From: Chamaesiphon sp. | GTDB taxonomy: Bacteria > Cyanobacteriota > Cyanobacteriia > Cyanobacteriales > Chamaesiphonaceae | NCBI GenBank assembly: GCA_965246715.1 | Contig: CBDFFH010000029.1 | Span: 82,687-146,686, forward strand | DNA length: 64,000 nt | Direction of reading: 5' to 3' | Shown here: positions 1 through 11,188 of the stretch, piece by piece | Layout of the letters: each line of letters starts with the position of its first letter | Position numbering within the stretch: the first letter of the stretch is position 1 | The notes under the pieces: generated by a model | What the model was told of the DNA's origin: nothing | Seen by the model: the letters and a program-made list of their open reading frames with translations, nothing else | Databases searched by the model: none | Made by a program: the position numbers and the translations under genes

Positions 1-1
1 A

Positions 2-361
2 AGCCAAAAAAATCTCCTCTCCGCTCAGCCGCAAACCATCGTTGCGCCCAAGGGCAAAGAGCTAGTTGCCAAATTTGACTGCCGCTCGCGCGGGCCGAGC
101 ATCGGCGAAATCGCGCTCCAAGCCGATGGAAAATACACTCTAGCCAAACAAGTCAAACACCACACCGTCGCTCAACAGACGGGTAAATATTCCGCGACAC
201 CATTGGGATATCGCTTTACTAATGGCACGTTGAAAGGACAATCGATCGTCAGACAGCAAGGAAATACCTATCTAGTCAGCACTAAAAATGAAGCTAAAGC
301 CGCAGAAGTAGCGGCTGCTGATGGCGCACTGTTCTGTACTGGCGGGGAAATCAAATATTAA
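2..361 (+). CDS. 3' part of a hypothetical protein (runs in from the window edge)
   Basis: Frame 2 is open from the edge to TAA at 359-361 (...AADGALFCTGGEIKY*); not in the ORF track because the start lies outside the window. Confidence 0.7.
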   Translation, partial: SQKNLLSAQPQTIVAPKGKELVAKFDCRSRGPSIGEIALQADGKYTLAKQVKHHTVAQQTGKYSATPLGYRFTNGTLKGQSIVRQQGNTYLVSTKNEAKAAEVAAADGALFCTGGEIKY

Positions 362-393
362 TCACGTTAATTACTGTCGATCGATTATTGAAA

Positions 394-1632
394 TTATGTT
401 GTATATTCGGCGTTGATTTTCACGTAGTCGTAACTGAGATCGCAGCCCCAGGCGACTCCGACACCACTACTATTGCCGACACTGACGGAGATGAGGACGG
501 TATCGGTTTTGAGATATTCGCCTTGAGATGCAGCTTTGAGATAGTTACTGGCGGCAACTCGATCGAATGTTAGTGGTTGGCCGAATGCCATTAAGGGAAT
601 ATCACCTAAGCTTACTGCTAAGTTATTTTGGTCGAAGGGGATACCCGCTTTGCCTGCGGCCATCGCAATCCTTCCCCAGTTAGGATCGTGGCCGAAAATT
701 GCGGCTTTGAGCAGGGATGAGCCAGCAATTTCACGAGCGATTTGGCGAGCTTCTTTATCAGTGAGCGTGCCCGCTACACGGACTTCGATCAGACAGGTGG
801 CACCTTCGCCATCGCGAGCGATCGATTTTGCTAGATATTGACAGACAGCCGTGAGCATCGCTTCTAATTTATCAGCTTCCGCACCAGAGTGGACGATCGC
901 GGGCGTGCGCGATTCACCGTTGGCGAGGGCAATTAGCGTGTCATTGGTGCTAGTATCGCCGTCTACAGTGATTTGATTGAAACTCTTATCTGCCGCGCGA
1001 CCGAGCATTTGCTGCCACATGGTGGTCGATACTGCGGCATCACAGGTGACAAACGCGAGCAGGGTAGCCATATTCGGGTGAATCATCCCGGAACCTTTAG
1101 CCATACCACCCATTCTGACAGTGCGATCGCCAATGGTAGTTTCTAACGCGATCGATTTACTCACTAAATCCGTCGTCATAATCGCGGTAGCTGCGGTTTC
1201 CCCACCTTCATGCGTAGCTGCAGCCACTAACTGTGGTATTCCGGCGACTAAGGCATCCATTTTGATGCGTTGGCCGATTACTCCAGTCGAGGCCAGTAGG
1301 ATCGATTCTGGGTCGATATTGAGGGCACTAGCAAGCGCATTGGCACTAGCAACGGCATCCTCCCAACCGCGTTCGCCCGTCGCGGCGTTTGCTTGTCCGG
1401 AATTACAGAGAATGGCACGAGCGCTAGATTTGACGGCTAGCTGTTGACGGCAATATTCGACACAGGCAGCCCGAACTTGGCTAGTGGTAAAGACTCCAGC
1501 CGCGATCGCATCCACATCAGAGAGAATAATCGCCAGATCTGGTTTCCCAGATGATTTCAACCCCGCAGTAATCCCCGCCGCTCTAAAGCCTCTCGGTGCC
1601 GTGACTCCGCCAGAAATTTCGTGCCAATCCAT
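394..1632 (-). CDS. argJ: Bifunctional ornithine acetyltransferase / N-acetylglutamate synthase
   Basis: KGSGMIHPNMAT, VDGDTSTND and ARDGEGAT motifs; C-terminal DYVKINAEYTT. Confidence 0.97.
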   Translation of the reverse strand: MDWHEISGGVTAPRGFRAAGITAGLKSSGKPDLAIILSDVDAIAAGVFTTSQVRAACVEYCRQQLAVKSSARAILCNSGQANAATGERGWEDAVASANALASALNIDPESILLASTGVIGQRIKMDALVAGIPQLVAAATHEGGETAATAIMTTDLVSKSIALETTIGDRTVRMGGMAKGSGMIHPNMATLLAFVTCDAAVSTTMWQQMLGRAADKSFNQITVDGDTSTNDTLIALANGESRTPAIVHSGAEADKLEAMLTAVCQYLAKSIARDGEGATCLIEVRVAGTLTDKEARQIAREIAGSSLLKAAIFGHDPNWGRIAMAAGKAGIPFDQNNLAVSLGDIPLMAFGQPLTFDRVAASNYLKAASQGEYLKTDTVLISVSVGNSSGVGVAWGCDLSYDYVKINAEYTT

Positions 1633-1806
1633 ATCAGTTATCGGTTGTGCGGCTATTTTTATTGCTAACTATCAGAATACTAGAATTGGTGACTGGGTAT
1701 CAGTTATTTGCGGTTTACCGATCGGGTAGCTGGTCGATCCGATCGATCGGCGAACTAATACCCCTGTAGACTAGTCACTAATAACTAGTCACTTGCAACT
1801 ATCTCA

Positions 1807-2658
1807 ATGACCACTCCAACATCACTACAGATCTCCAAACCGACGCGCTATCAAAATGCTGCGATCGATTATTACACTGGGCTTACCGGTACATCTTACC
1901 TACATTATGGCTATTGGCAACCAGTACCAGCTTCGATCGATGATGTGACCTTGCCTCGGATGCGTGTCGCCCAGGAAGCATATGCCACGAAATTACTCGA
2001 TCTGATTCCTGCTGGTGTCAGTACGATCCTCGATGTTGGTTGTGGGATCGGTGGTAATGCCAAAACTATGCTCGCGCGCGGCTTTAATGTCGAAGCCTTG
2101 GCACCAGATCCGCTGCAACAACAAAAATTCATTAAATATACAGAAGGAAAGATCCCATTTCATCTGAGTACATTTGAAGATTATCAAACCGATAAAACTT
2201 ACGACCTAGTCTTATTTAGCGAAAGCAGTCAATATATTTCTGTCGATAACTTAGCTGCGGGTACAGCAAGCATCCTCAAGTCTGGCGGCTATTTATTGTT
2301 AGCAGATATGATGCGATCGGATGCCAATTACCAGGAGGGTATTTTCTCAAATTGTCATCTCAAAAGCGAGCTAGAGACAGCATTAATTGCCGCAGGATTT
2401 AAGCTAGTCGAGATCCAAGATATCTCCGCCGAAATCGCTCCGACGATCGATCTCTGTATCGAAGCTTTTCGCACCTATGGATTGAGTACGATCGAGTATA
2501 TCTCTGCCCTAGTCAAGATTGCCGTACCCCCGATTCATGCTTTGGGCAGTTCGGCATTCAAAAAATGGTTATCAAAACCCATCGCTGAAGGTTTATCCGC
2601 CCGCACGATTTACGATCGACATCTGTGCTACGAGATTCAACTTTGGCAGCTTGGTTAG
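1807..2658 (+). CDS. Class I SAM-dependent methyltransferase
   Basis: LHYGYW and ILDVGCGIGG SAM-binding motifs. Confidence 0.88.
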   Translation: MTTPTSLQISKPTRYQNAAIDYYTGLTGTSYLHYGYWQPVPASIDDVTLPRMRVAQEAYATKLLDLIPAGVSTILDVGCGIGGNAKTMLARGFNVEALAPDPLQQQKFIKYTEGKIPFHLSTFEDYQTDKTYDLVLFSESSQYISVDNLAAGTASILKSGGYLLLADMMRSDANYQEGIFSNCHLKSELETALIAAGFKLVEIQDISAEIAPTIDLCIEAFRTYGLSTIEYISALVKIAVPPIHALGSSAFKKWLSKPIAEGLSARTIYDRHLCYEIQLWQLG

Positions 2659-2696
2659 GGAATGTTAATTCTCCGGCTGTGAGCTACAGCTCCCCA

Positions 2697-3533
2697 CTAC
2701 TCTTTCATCCCTGTGCTCGCAATACCCTGAATAAACTGCTTCTGTCCTACCAAAAATAGTAATACCACCGGTACGGTAGCGATACCGACTGCGGCCATTA
2801 GGAGTTGCCAACTATTGGTAAATTGTTCTTGAAACTCGGATAGCGCCAATTGTACCGTGCGAAGTTCGGGACGGGTAGTAAAAATCAACGGTTTGAACAG
2901 ATCGTTCCATTCACCGATGAAGGTGAATAGAAATAGCGTCACCAATGCAGGACGAGATAAGGGTAACATAATCCGCCAGAGAATTTGGAGCCGATTGGCA
3001 CCATCCAAACTGGCGGCTTGTTCGAGTTCGATCGGAATGGTGCTAAAAAATTGCCGTAATAAAAAGATCCCAAAACCGTTGGCGGCGGTAGGTAAAATCA
3101 GGGCGCTATATGTATTCAGTAAATGTCCCCACTTGAGGAGCAAGAAAATCGGGATGACCAGTAATTGGAAGGGAATGACTAGCGTAGCCAGTACCACCAG
3201 CAGGAGCGCTTGACGACCCCGAAATCTAAGCCGAGCCAATGCATACCCCGCCAACGCCGATGTAAAAATCTGCGCCGCAGTTACCGCCAGTGCCACAAAA
3301 GTAGAATTGGCAAACGCCAAGAGGAAATTGCCTTGTTGCCAAGCGGCTCGATAGTTGGCAACAGTAAGCTGAGGCGGTAGCTCAAAGCCAGTTGCCGCAG
3401 TGTCTACTGGTGTAAAGGAGGTAATGGCAACGACTACTAATGGAGCTAAAATCAGACCAGCACCAATGATGAGGAGGAGCCAGTTAAGGATTTGCCACCA
3501 GCGCAAATAGCCAGAATCAGAGAACTTATGCAC
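2697..3533 (-). CDS. Carbohydrate ABC transporter permease (MalG/UgpE-like)
   Basis: Multiple TM helices; EAA loop ELEQAASLDGA. Confidence 0.93.
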   Translation of the reverse strand: MHKFSDSGYLRWWQILNWLLLIIGAGLILAPLVVVAITSFTPVDTAATGFELPPQLTVANYRAAWQQGNFLLAFANSTFVALAVTAAQIFTSALAGYALARLRFRGRQALLLVVLATLVIPFQLLVIPIFLLLKWGHLLNTYSALILPTAANGFGIFLLRQFFSTIPIELEQAASLDGANRLQILWRIMLPLSRPALVTLFLFTFIGEWNDLFKPLIFTTRPELRTVQLALSEFQEQFTNSWQLLMAAVGIATVPVVLLFLVGQKQFIQGIASTGMKE

Positions 3534-3740
3534 GGTTTGGTCTACGATCGGTTAAGATAGGGGAGTTTGAAAATTGCAACAAATCTTTAAATAGACAGTC
3601 TGTAGTTATGTAGTTCGCTCGATCGCTATTTTTCGATAAATCTACCCTACACCCACATTATCCCTAAATAGGGATGCAGCCAGCTTTAATGCTGGCGTAA
3701 AATAATCTTATTCGGACATATTTTAGGAGAAATCTAGCTC

Positions 3741-4436
3741 ATGGTGCAGATGGCAGCCAGTTTGGAACTTGACTTCAAAAGCGAAACTTATAAAGATGCC
3801 TACAGTCGCATCAATGCGATCGTGATCGAGGGCGAACAAGAAGCGCATGAAAACTACATTACCCTGGGTGGACTGTTACCAGACTCCCAAGAAGATTTAG
3901 TCAAGTTGTCCAAAATGGAACTGCGTCACAAGAAAGGCTTTGAAGCCTGTGCGCGCAATCTCACCGTCACTCCAGATTTAGGTTTTGCCAAAGAGTTTTT
4001 TGCAGGGTTGCATGAAAATTTTCAGGTGGCCGCCGCCGCCGGAAACATTGTCACCTGCTTGTTAATTCAATCGCTGATTATCGAGTGCTTTGCGATCGCT
4101 GCATACAATATCTATATTCCTGTAGCTGATGATTTTGCCAGAAAGATTACTGAAGGGGTAGTTAAGGATGAGTACATGCACCTTAACTTCGGCGAAGTCT
4201 GGCTGCAAGCCAACTTTGAAGCATCTAAAGCCGAGTTGCAAACCGCCAACCGTCAAAATCTCCCGCTCGTCTGGAAGATGTTAAACCAAGTCGCCAAGGA
4301 TGCTAAGGTCTTGGGAATGGAGAAGGATGCGCTAGTTGAGGATTTTATGATCGCTTACGGTGAAGCCCTCAATAATATCGGTTTCAATACGGGCGAAATC
4401 ATGCGGATGTCTGCTTATGGCTTGATGGGCGTTTAG
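3741..4436 (+). CDS. ado: Aldehyde-deformylating oxygenase (alkane synthesis)
   Basis: [23 protein letters not shown] and [13 protein letters not shown] di-iron motifs; 231 aa. Confidence 0.97.
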   Translation: MVQMAASLELDFKSETYKDAYSRINAIVIEGEQEAHENYITLGGLLPDSQEDLVKLSKMELRHKKGFEACARNLTVTPDLGFAKEFFAGLHENFQVAAAAGNIVTCLLIQSLIIECFAIAAYNIYIPVADDFARKITEGVVKDEYMHLNFGEVWLQANFEASKAELQTANRQNLPLVWKMLNQVAKDAKVLGMEKDALVEDFMIAYGEALNNIGFNTGEIMRMSAYGLMGV

Positions 4437-4466
4437 ACGCAGAAAACGAGCATCGCCTTAGCGCCA

Positions 4467-4504
4467 GACAAGGCACCAGAGTATCGATGCTCTGGTGCCT
4501 TGTC
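4467..4504. terminator. Hairpin between convergent genes, likely bidirectional terminator
   Basis: 15-bp perfect inverted repeat GACAAGGCACCAGAG / CTCTGGTGCCTTGTC. Confidence 0.75.
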
Positions 4505-4506
4505 AT

Positions 4507-7500
4507 TTATACATCGTAATTTACTGCGCCTAATGCTTTTAGCCCATCGATCTGTGCTCTGGTAAGACCTTCGACACCACCGATCTTCATCCCCTCATAA
4601 GGACGGCTAGCACGTCGCGTCGAGATAAGTTGGTGAGTAGTTAGATCCCAAATCCCGATCGTTTCATCTTCGCTCGCACTGGCGATAAACCGACCGCAAT
4701 AACTCACCGCTACCGACCAAACCCAACTTTGATGTCCGGTTAGAGTCCTGACACACAAACCAGTCTCCATCGACCAAATTTTAATCGTCCGATCGGAAGC
4801 GCCACTAATCAGCCACCGACCATCAGGACTGTAGGCAAGCGATAGAATCCACCCTTCATGTCCGGTCAATGTGTGGCACAGTTCGCCCGTGTGGACGTGC
4901 CAGAGCAGAATTTGACTATCCATGCCACCGCTAGCAAGGATAGTGCCACACGGGTCAAAGGCGACAGCGAGCGATCGATTGCTATGTTGGGTAAAGATCC
5001 GTACTGACTCTGGCTGCTGAAGATTCCAGATTCTGACGGTGGTATCTTCGCTGGTGCTCACAATCGCGGTGTCCGAGAGTGAGTCACTGGGATGATAAGC
5101 GAGACTGCCGATCCGATCGGTATGTCCGTTGCGAACGTGCAAACAGCGACCCCGCTCGGCATCCCAGATTCTAATCGTGCGATCGTTACCACCACTGACT
5201 AAATATTTACCATCGGGACTGTATGCCAGCGTGCAGATCGCCTCGGTATGTCCCCGGAGTGTATGGATGCGAACTAGCGTGCGGGCATCCCAAATGCCGA
5301 TCGTCCGATCGTCACTCCCACTGGCAAAAGTCACCCCTTGCGGATCGTAAGCTACTGTCAGGGTAGATTTGGTATGACCCAACAATTGGTGGACACAATC
5401 TGCTGAGTGCAGATCCCAAATCCGAATCCCTGCATCGCGACTAGCCGTAATTAATCGATCGCTCTTAGGACTCCACGCGATCGATTTAAACCAATTAGAA
5501 TAACCGCTGAGTACTTGCCAGCATTTACCATCCTCGATCTGCCACAACCGGATCTCCCGGTCTTCGCCACCGCTAGCGATCGTCTGTCCGTTGGGGTGAA
5601 AAGCTACCGACCACAAGCGTTTAGTGTGTCCCTCCAACCGCTGGAGACAATGACCGTCGGTTTGCCACACGCGTAACAATCCGCCCACTCCCGCACTCGC
5701 CAACCGTGTGCCATCGGGACTGAAAACCGCAGACCAGATCTCATCGCCATGCCCATCGATAACTAGCAAACATCGATCGCTAGTGGCATCCCAGAGCCGC
5801 AGGGTACCATCGAGACTACCACTAACGATCTTTTGACCATCTCCACTGAAATCTACTGTTGTCACCCAATTTGTGTGCCCTTGCCAGATGCGTAGGCAAT
5901 CACCAGTGGCGATCTCCCACAACCGCACGCTACCGTCCCCACTGCCACTCAGTAATTGGTGCCCTTGCGGGTGAAACTTCAGATCCATCGACCAGCCTTG
6001 ATGTCCGACAAACTCGCGGATACAAGTGCCAGTCTGGATCTCCCAGTAATAAATCGTATTGCGATCGCTCCCACTAGCTAAATATCGCCCGTCGGGACTA
6101 AAACTCAATCCGAGAGTGTGAATTCCCTCGCCGAGCGTACTGAGACAGATGCCATCTTGTAAATCCCAAATTTTGAGCGTGCGATCGTCGCTAGAACTGG
6201 CTAGATACTGCCCATCAGGACTAAACTTAATCGCCCGCACCCAATTAGTATGTCCCAGGCAAGTGAGTACGCATTGACCGTCGCTAAGTCGCCACAGGCG
6301 AATTTCCCCGCTACTAGTACTGGCGGCAAGGGTATTGCCATCGGGACTGTATGCCAGCGATAGCACGTTACTAAATGTTTGGGTAAAGGCGCAATCCCGC
6401 AGGTGCGAGTTGGTAAAGTTAACCCGCTTTAAGTCAAGGTTAACTAGATATGCTTGCTGGATTACCAATTCCGAGCAATCCAAATCGGTCAGATCCAACT
6501 TGAGCTGGCCGCATAGATTTAGTAAATTACCAGCGAGATAGCCTTGATGTAGGGGATGGGTGCTTCGCCACCGCGCGAGGATTTGGTATAGCTGTGCGCC
6601 GATTTGCTGGGGGTTGCCGATGCTGGTGCGGAGTCGTTCGATCGCGGGTTGGACGATCGGCCGTAATTGCGCTTGGCGGATATACTCTTTGGCAGTAGCT
6701 TGCAAGATCGGATGCGTATCTAGCAAAAATGGTGTCTGCGTCTCGATTTCCGTACAAATGCGATCGACGAATTTACTGGTGACATATTCCATCACCATCG
6801 GTTGGAGCGACCAATAGCGATTGCCACGTTCGAGTTGTCTACCGATCGTGAGAATAATGCTGCGACGGCACAAAAATTGTAAAACACTCAGTAACGAAGA
6901 CGCTCCAGCTGCATTGCTAGTGGTGGAGTCTGTAGGCAAACCGAACGGCTGTCGATCTAGTTCCGCCCGATCGTCATCGCGGAACTGGCGATTCCAAGCT
7001 GGATGGAGGGCTGCCTCTAAATTGACGATCGACAGCGGTTCGCGCGCGATTGCCAACCAATACATCACCTGATGTTCGACTGGTGTCAAGCGCTCCCACT
7101 GCTGTTCGAGGAGGTTATGAATATCGGTAAAACTGAATCGCTCCGATCGCAAGTAGGGATAAATTTCACTGACATCACCATCGGCGACTTCTTTCACCAC
7201 TGCGGCAACAAGTTGAAACGCTAGTGGATTGCCTCCATAATAACGATCGATTTCCACCCATTCGGCTGCGGCGATCGGCAAACAGCCGCGATCGGCAAAA
7301 ATCTGTTGTCCCGCTACCGCATCCAAGCCTGGTAATGTCAGGGTTCTGACCTTAGCATTCACCCCTTCTAGCCAACCCACTTCCGTCGGTTTTTCGCGAC
7401 TGGTGAGCACCAGACAACTCTGATGATTCATCCGTCCCAAGGTACTAAATAACTCCCCATAATCGGCGTAGCCAGATCGATATCGACCGACTTGTGCCCC

Positions 7501-8301
7501 ACCTTGAAAAATCGATTCACAATTATCTAAGAAGATCGCACAGCGATGTTGTTGACACAATACCAGCAATAATTCGATCTGGGCTGTTACTGATGTCGGG
7601 ATGGCATGATAATGCAGATCCTTACCACCCAAGACATTTACGGCCGTCTTAGCCGTAGCCGTGCGAATTAAATTGCCGATCAATTCTGGGAGTAATTCCT
7701 TGAGTAAGGGCGCATTGAGCAAACTCCGCCATAAAATCTGGCTGAAACTTTGACCTCGATCGGGTGCCTCATCTTCGCTCGCACTCCATTTTAGCTGGCG
7801 CTTTGGCTCGTGACGATCGCTAGTCTGGATCTCAGCTTGCAACGCTTGTGAGAGTTCGATCGCAATTGTCGTTTTGCCCATTCCCCCCATCCCCAAGATC
7901 GTCACTAGCCGACAACGATCGACTACCAGCCACCGATATAATTGACGACACTCCACCTCACGCCCGTAAAATACTGAGGCATCGATCGTCTCGCCCCAAT
8001 CGATCCTGGGCGGTGGTAATAACGGTACATCGATCGCTGCTGGTAACTCAGCTAGTGCTAAAGACTCAATTACCTGACGAAAATTAGTTTTAGAGACTCT
8101 CTGTTCGGTAGCAGTTGCCAGCATTCGCCAAACTTGTGCGCCTACTCCCTTGAGGTAGTCATGGTCGTAGCCAGCTATTTTAGCAAGATCGCGGTAAGAT
8201 CTACCCTCCCAAGCTGCCTTGAATACCATTTCTTGGGGTGCAGTTAGGTATCTTGGCGCTAGCAGTTCTTTGACCATCTCCAATGCTAGTTCTACTTCCA
8301 T
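4507..8301 (-). CDS. STAND NTPase (NB-ARC) with N-terminal HTH, pentapeptide segment and about 14 WD40 repeats
   Basis: Walker A GMGGMGKTT; LTSREKP; GGNPLA; repeated GH...FSPDG...ASGS.D.TI.IWD. Confidence 0.93.
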   Translation of the reverse strand: MEVELALEMVKELLAPRYLTAPQEMVFKAAWEGRSYRDLAKIAGYDHDYLKGVGAQVWRMLATATEQRVSKTNFRQVIESLALAELPAAIDVPLLPPPRIDWGETIDASVFYGREVECRQLYRWLVVDRCRLVTILGMGGMGKTTIAIELSQALQAEIQTSDRHEPKRQLKWSASEDEAPDRGQSFSQILWRSLLNAPLLKELLPELIGNLIRTATAKTAVNVLGGKDLHYHAIPTSVTAQIELLLVLCQQHRCAIFLDNCESIFQGGAQVGRYRSGYADYGELFSTLGRMNHQSCLVLTSREKPTEVGWLEGVNAKVRTLTLPGLDAVAGQQIFADRGCLPIAAAEWVEIDRYYGGNPLAFQLVAAVVKEVADGDVSEIYPYLRSERFSFTDIHNLLEQQWERLTPVEHQVMYWLAIAREPLSIVNLEAALHPAWNRQFRDDDRAELDRQPFGLPTDSTTSNAAGASSLLSVLQFLCRRSIILTIGRQLERGNRYWSLQPMVMEYVTSKFVDRICTEIETQTPFLLDTHPILQATAKEYIRQAQLRPIVQPAIERLRTSIGNPQQIGAQLYQILARWRSTHPLHQGYLAGNLLNLCGQLKLDLTDLDCSELVIQQAYLVNLDLKRVNFTNSHLRDCAFTQTFSNVLSLAYSPDGNTLAASTSSGEIRLWRLSDGQCVLTCLGHTNWVRAIKFSPDGQYLASSSDDRTLKIWDLQDGICLSTLGEGIHTLGLSFSPDGRYLASGSDRNTIYYWEIQTGTCIREFVGHQGWSMDLKFHPQGHQLLSGSGDGSVRLWEIATGDCLRIWQGHTNWVTTVDFSGDGQKIVSGSLDGTLRLWDATSDRCLLVIDGHGDEIWSAVFSPDGTRLASAGVGGLLRVWQTDGHCLQRLEGHTKRLWSVAFHPNGQTIASGGEDREIRLWQIEDGKCWQVLSGYSNWFKSIAWSPKSDRLITASRDAGIRIWDLHSADCVHQLLGHTKSTLTVAYDPQGVTFASGSDDRTIGIWDARTLVRIHTLRGHTEAICTLAYSPDGKYLVSGGNDRTIRIWDAERGRCLHVRNGHTDRIGSLAYHPSDSLSDTAIVSTSEDTTVRIWNLQQPESVRIFTQHSNRSLAVAFDPCGTILASGGMDSQILLWHVHTGELCHTLTGHEGWILSLAYSPDGRWLISGASDRTIKIWSMETGLCVRTLTGHQSWVWSVAVSYCGRFIASASEDETIGIWDLTTHQLISTRRASRPYEGMKIGGVEGLTRAQIDGLKALGAVNYDV

Positions 8302-8635
8302 CAGATCTTCTCCTCAACAGCTTTAGATCTAGAAATCGATTTTGCCAAATTCACGATCTCCAAGCTGAGATATAACGCTCTTGGATTAACAGTATTCCTC
8401 AGGCATTCTAACCTGTTTGACTAGTGATGTTGGGGATTATCTCTTCACTGCGATCCAATCGAACGCAGCTGACATAACCGGGGTACAATCGGTTAAAAAC
8501 TGTCAGACAGCTAGTGGTAAGCTGCAAAGATTTGTCTCGATCGAGAGCGTTAGCGCCGAGTCATAAGTGGCGATCTTCCACAGCAACCACTATCGAGATA
8601 ATTTAAAGATCGCTAAAACTTAAGGATAATTACTT

Positions 8636-9766
8636 ATGATGCTCGGTCAGTGGTTGGGGATTTTAGTCTTAGTATTATCGCTCTATATCTTGTGGCAAAT
8701 CCGCCAAATGCTGTCGCTGGTTTTTGCCGCGATCGTGGCCGCTACCCTCCTCAATCAATTAGCGCGTAAGCTCCAACATCAATTTAGATTATCTCGTCCG
8801 CTCGGGGTGCTCGGAGCCTTAGCAATATTTATTATCATTTTAGTTGGCTTCGCGATCGCGATTTTCCCACCATTTATCAGTCAATTTCAAGAACTTACTA
8901 CCACAAAATTTCCAGCGATCGTCAAATATGCCAGTCAGTGGCGCACTCATATTCAAACTTATATCCCAGCCGCACTGATTCCCTATTTACCAGATCTCAA
9001 TAATCTGGATCGTCAAGTTCAACCATTATTAAAGTCGCTAGCTGGTAGTTCGCTCACGATCTTTTCTAGCTCGTTAGCTGCAATTCTCAATCTCTTATTT
9101 GTGGTGATTTTAACGATTATGCTGCTGGCTCAACCTACCAGCTATCGGCGCGTATTTATCGCTTTATTTCCGAGTTTCTATCGACGTAGGGTGAGTGGCA
9201 TTCTAACCGAATGTGAAGAATCGCTGGGCAAGTGGTTTGGTGGGGCGATCCTGAGTATGTTAGTCGTAGCCGCACTCAGTTTTATTGGTTTGATCGTATT
9301 AGGTATTCCCTTAGCTTTAGCACAAGCTATTTTAGCTGGCTTACTCAATTTTATCCCCAATGTTGGCCCGACATTAAGCGTTGTCATTCCGATGGCGATC
9401 GCCTTACTCGATGAACCCTGGAAAGCGATTGCGATTTTTGTTATTTATCTACTAATCCAACAATTTGAAAGTAATTTTCTCACTCCCTATATCATGTCGC
9501 AACAGGTAGCTTTATTGCCTGCCATCACGCTAGTTTCTCAAATATTTTTCACTACCTTTTTCGGCTTTCTGGGCTTATTATTGGCACTTCCACTTACTGT
9601 CGTCGGTAAGGTCTGGATTAATGCTGTCTTGATTGAAGATATTCTCGATCGCTGGAAATACTTTCGTCAGAGTCCTGCTGAATTAGACCGCACTTCACAG
9701 GTAGAAACCGAAGTGGTGATGACTTCAGAACAGAGCAATGCTGATTCGATCGACGAGTTGAAGTAG
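8636..9766 (+). CDS. AI-2E family transporter
   Basis: LLNFIPNVGP and IQQFESNFLTPYIM motifs; hydrophobic. Confidence 0.9.
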   Translation: MMLGQWLGILVLVLSLYILWQIRQMLSLVFAAIVAATLLNQLARKLQHQFRLSRPLGVLGALAIFIIILVGFAIAIFPPFISQFQELTTTKFPAIVKYASQWRTHIQTYIPAALIPYLPDLNNLDRQVQPLLKSLAGSSLTIFSSSLAAILNLLFVVILTIMLLAQPTSYRRVFIALFPSFYRRRVSGILTECEESLGKWFGGAILSMLVVAALSFIGLIVLGIPLALAQAILAGLLNFIPNVGPTLSVVIPMAIALLDEPWKAIAIFVIYLLIQQFESNFLTPYIMSQQVALLPAITLVSQIFFTTFFGFLGLLLALPLTVVGKVWINAVLIEDILDRWKYFRQSPAELDRTSQVETEVVMTSEQSNADSIDELK

Positions 9767-10287
9767 CGTGATTTCGGGTTAAGGATATTTGCTTATTTCG
9801 AGTCCCGCCGCCGATTGTGTCTTGTCTCGCTTTTCGCGTCGGGTTTCCCGACGGGCGCGAGCCGTAAATCGGGGCTAGTATTACAAAGTCCGGTTGTTGC
9901 CGCTCGCGGCAAAAGCCTGCCTACGCGGACTGATTAACTAACGTCAGTTCGGGATAAGAATAGCTTGGAGACTTCTAGTCTCTAGGCATTTCCTATCCCG
10001 AACTCACGTTACTTTAACGTGAGTTCGGGATAAGGATCTTTGCTTCGTTCCAGCACCGCCGCCGATTGAAATCGGGGCTAACATTACAAAGTCCGCCTTC
10101 GCGGACTGATATCTTAGTCCGCGAAGCGAAAAGTGCGGTCTTGAGGTTTCCCCAAGTAGAGCACCTTTTCAAGACAGCGACGCGCGCTCCTCGGGTTCCC
10201 CGAGGGTTTAGCGCGTCAAGACAGGCGGACTTTGCATCATGAGCCGAGACTTCTAGTCTCTACGCATTTCCTATCCCGAACTCACGT
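9766..10287. mobile_element. Cluster of three MITE/REPIN-like elements (9766-~9938 lacking its right end, 9941-10009, 10017-10287) with nested mini-insertions
   Basis: Terminal inverted repeat ACGT(G/C)AGTTCGGG(A/T)TAAG ... TATCCCGAACTCACGT; internal GTCCGCCTTCGCGGAC and GAGACTTCTAGTCTC palindromes shared with other copies. Confidence 0.85.
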
Positions 10288-10385
10288 TAAAGTAGCAAGC
10301 TAGATGGCAACAGATCGCCGATCGACTTTTAGATTTGTTCGATATTTAGAGCTAGCTTTAGAGCTTTTTTCATCAACTCCAAAAA

Positions 10386-10928
10386 TCAACCGCTCTTGGC
10401 AGACTTAGCTGCTGACTCCAGATAATGCCGTACACCCTCACCCATCTGACGTAGATTTGGTTCGATCTTTTTACCCAAGAAATCTTCCACAACCCGAGCG
10501 ATCCCACCTGTCATAAAGCTCGGCACGCCTTTAATTTGCGCTGGATCGATTTTGAGTTCGCCACGACTTTCGATCGTAGTGGAGTTGCCATCAGCAATAA
10601 AACGATTTTTGCCAGTACAGTACACCGCCTCCGCGAAAGCATGAGTTTCGATCCGCCACTCCACTCCAAACTCCAACTCGTTCCAGAGATCGTGCTCCGT
10701 CCACGACAACATACTCTCGCTCAGGATCGCTCTGGCGGCGATTGGAATTTCCCCACCGCCATGCCACTCATATACACAGTAAACCTTCCCATCCTCAGCT
10801 CGACGAGACTTGACTGTCACACTCCGCACGTCTGGCATGTAAGGTAGGAGTTCGACGAGCTTGTCTCGATAGGTAGCGTAAACCAGATCGCGTGGAAAAG
10901 GGAGTTGAAGATCTGCACGGATAAGCAT
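10386..10928 (-). CDS. Hypothetical protein, probably SRPBCC/START-like (DUF2505-like) fold
   Basis: 180-aa ORF whose pattern resembles helix-grip proteins; family assignment tentative. Confidence 0.6.
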   Translation of the reverse strand: MLIRADLQLPFPRDLVYATYRDKLVELLPYMPDVRSVTVKSRRAEDGKVYCVYEWHGGGEIPIAARAILSESMLSWTEHDLWNELEFGVEWRIETHAFAEAVYCTGKNRFIADGNSTTIESRGELKIDPAQIKGVPSFMTGGIARVVEDFLGKKIEPNLRQMGEGVRHYLESAAKSAKSG

Positions 10929-11188
10929 TATGTTCTGCCTGGATGTTGGGGATAGCGATTGTCATTCCGGATTGCTACTAACGATCGCGCCATGCTAAGA
11001 AGATGTCTATTAGCATCCTCCCAAATAATCCTCTCCAAGATATCTATCCGACTAAAATCATTACATTTCGATCTTTGTCCTCCTTCTCCTCAAATTGTTA
11101 CAAGCGAACAACTTACCGATCTCAAAGCAGCTAAATAAATTACAGTTAGAGAAGGTAATCACACCGCGATCGAAATCAAACGGGGAAA

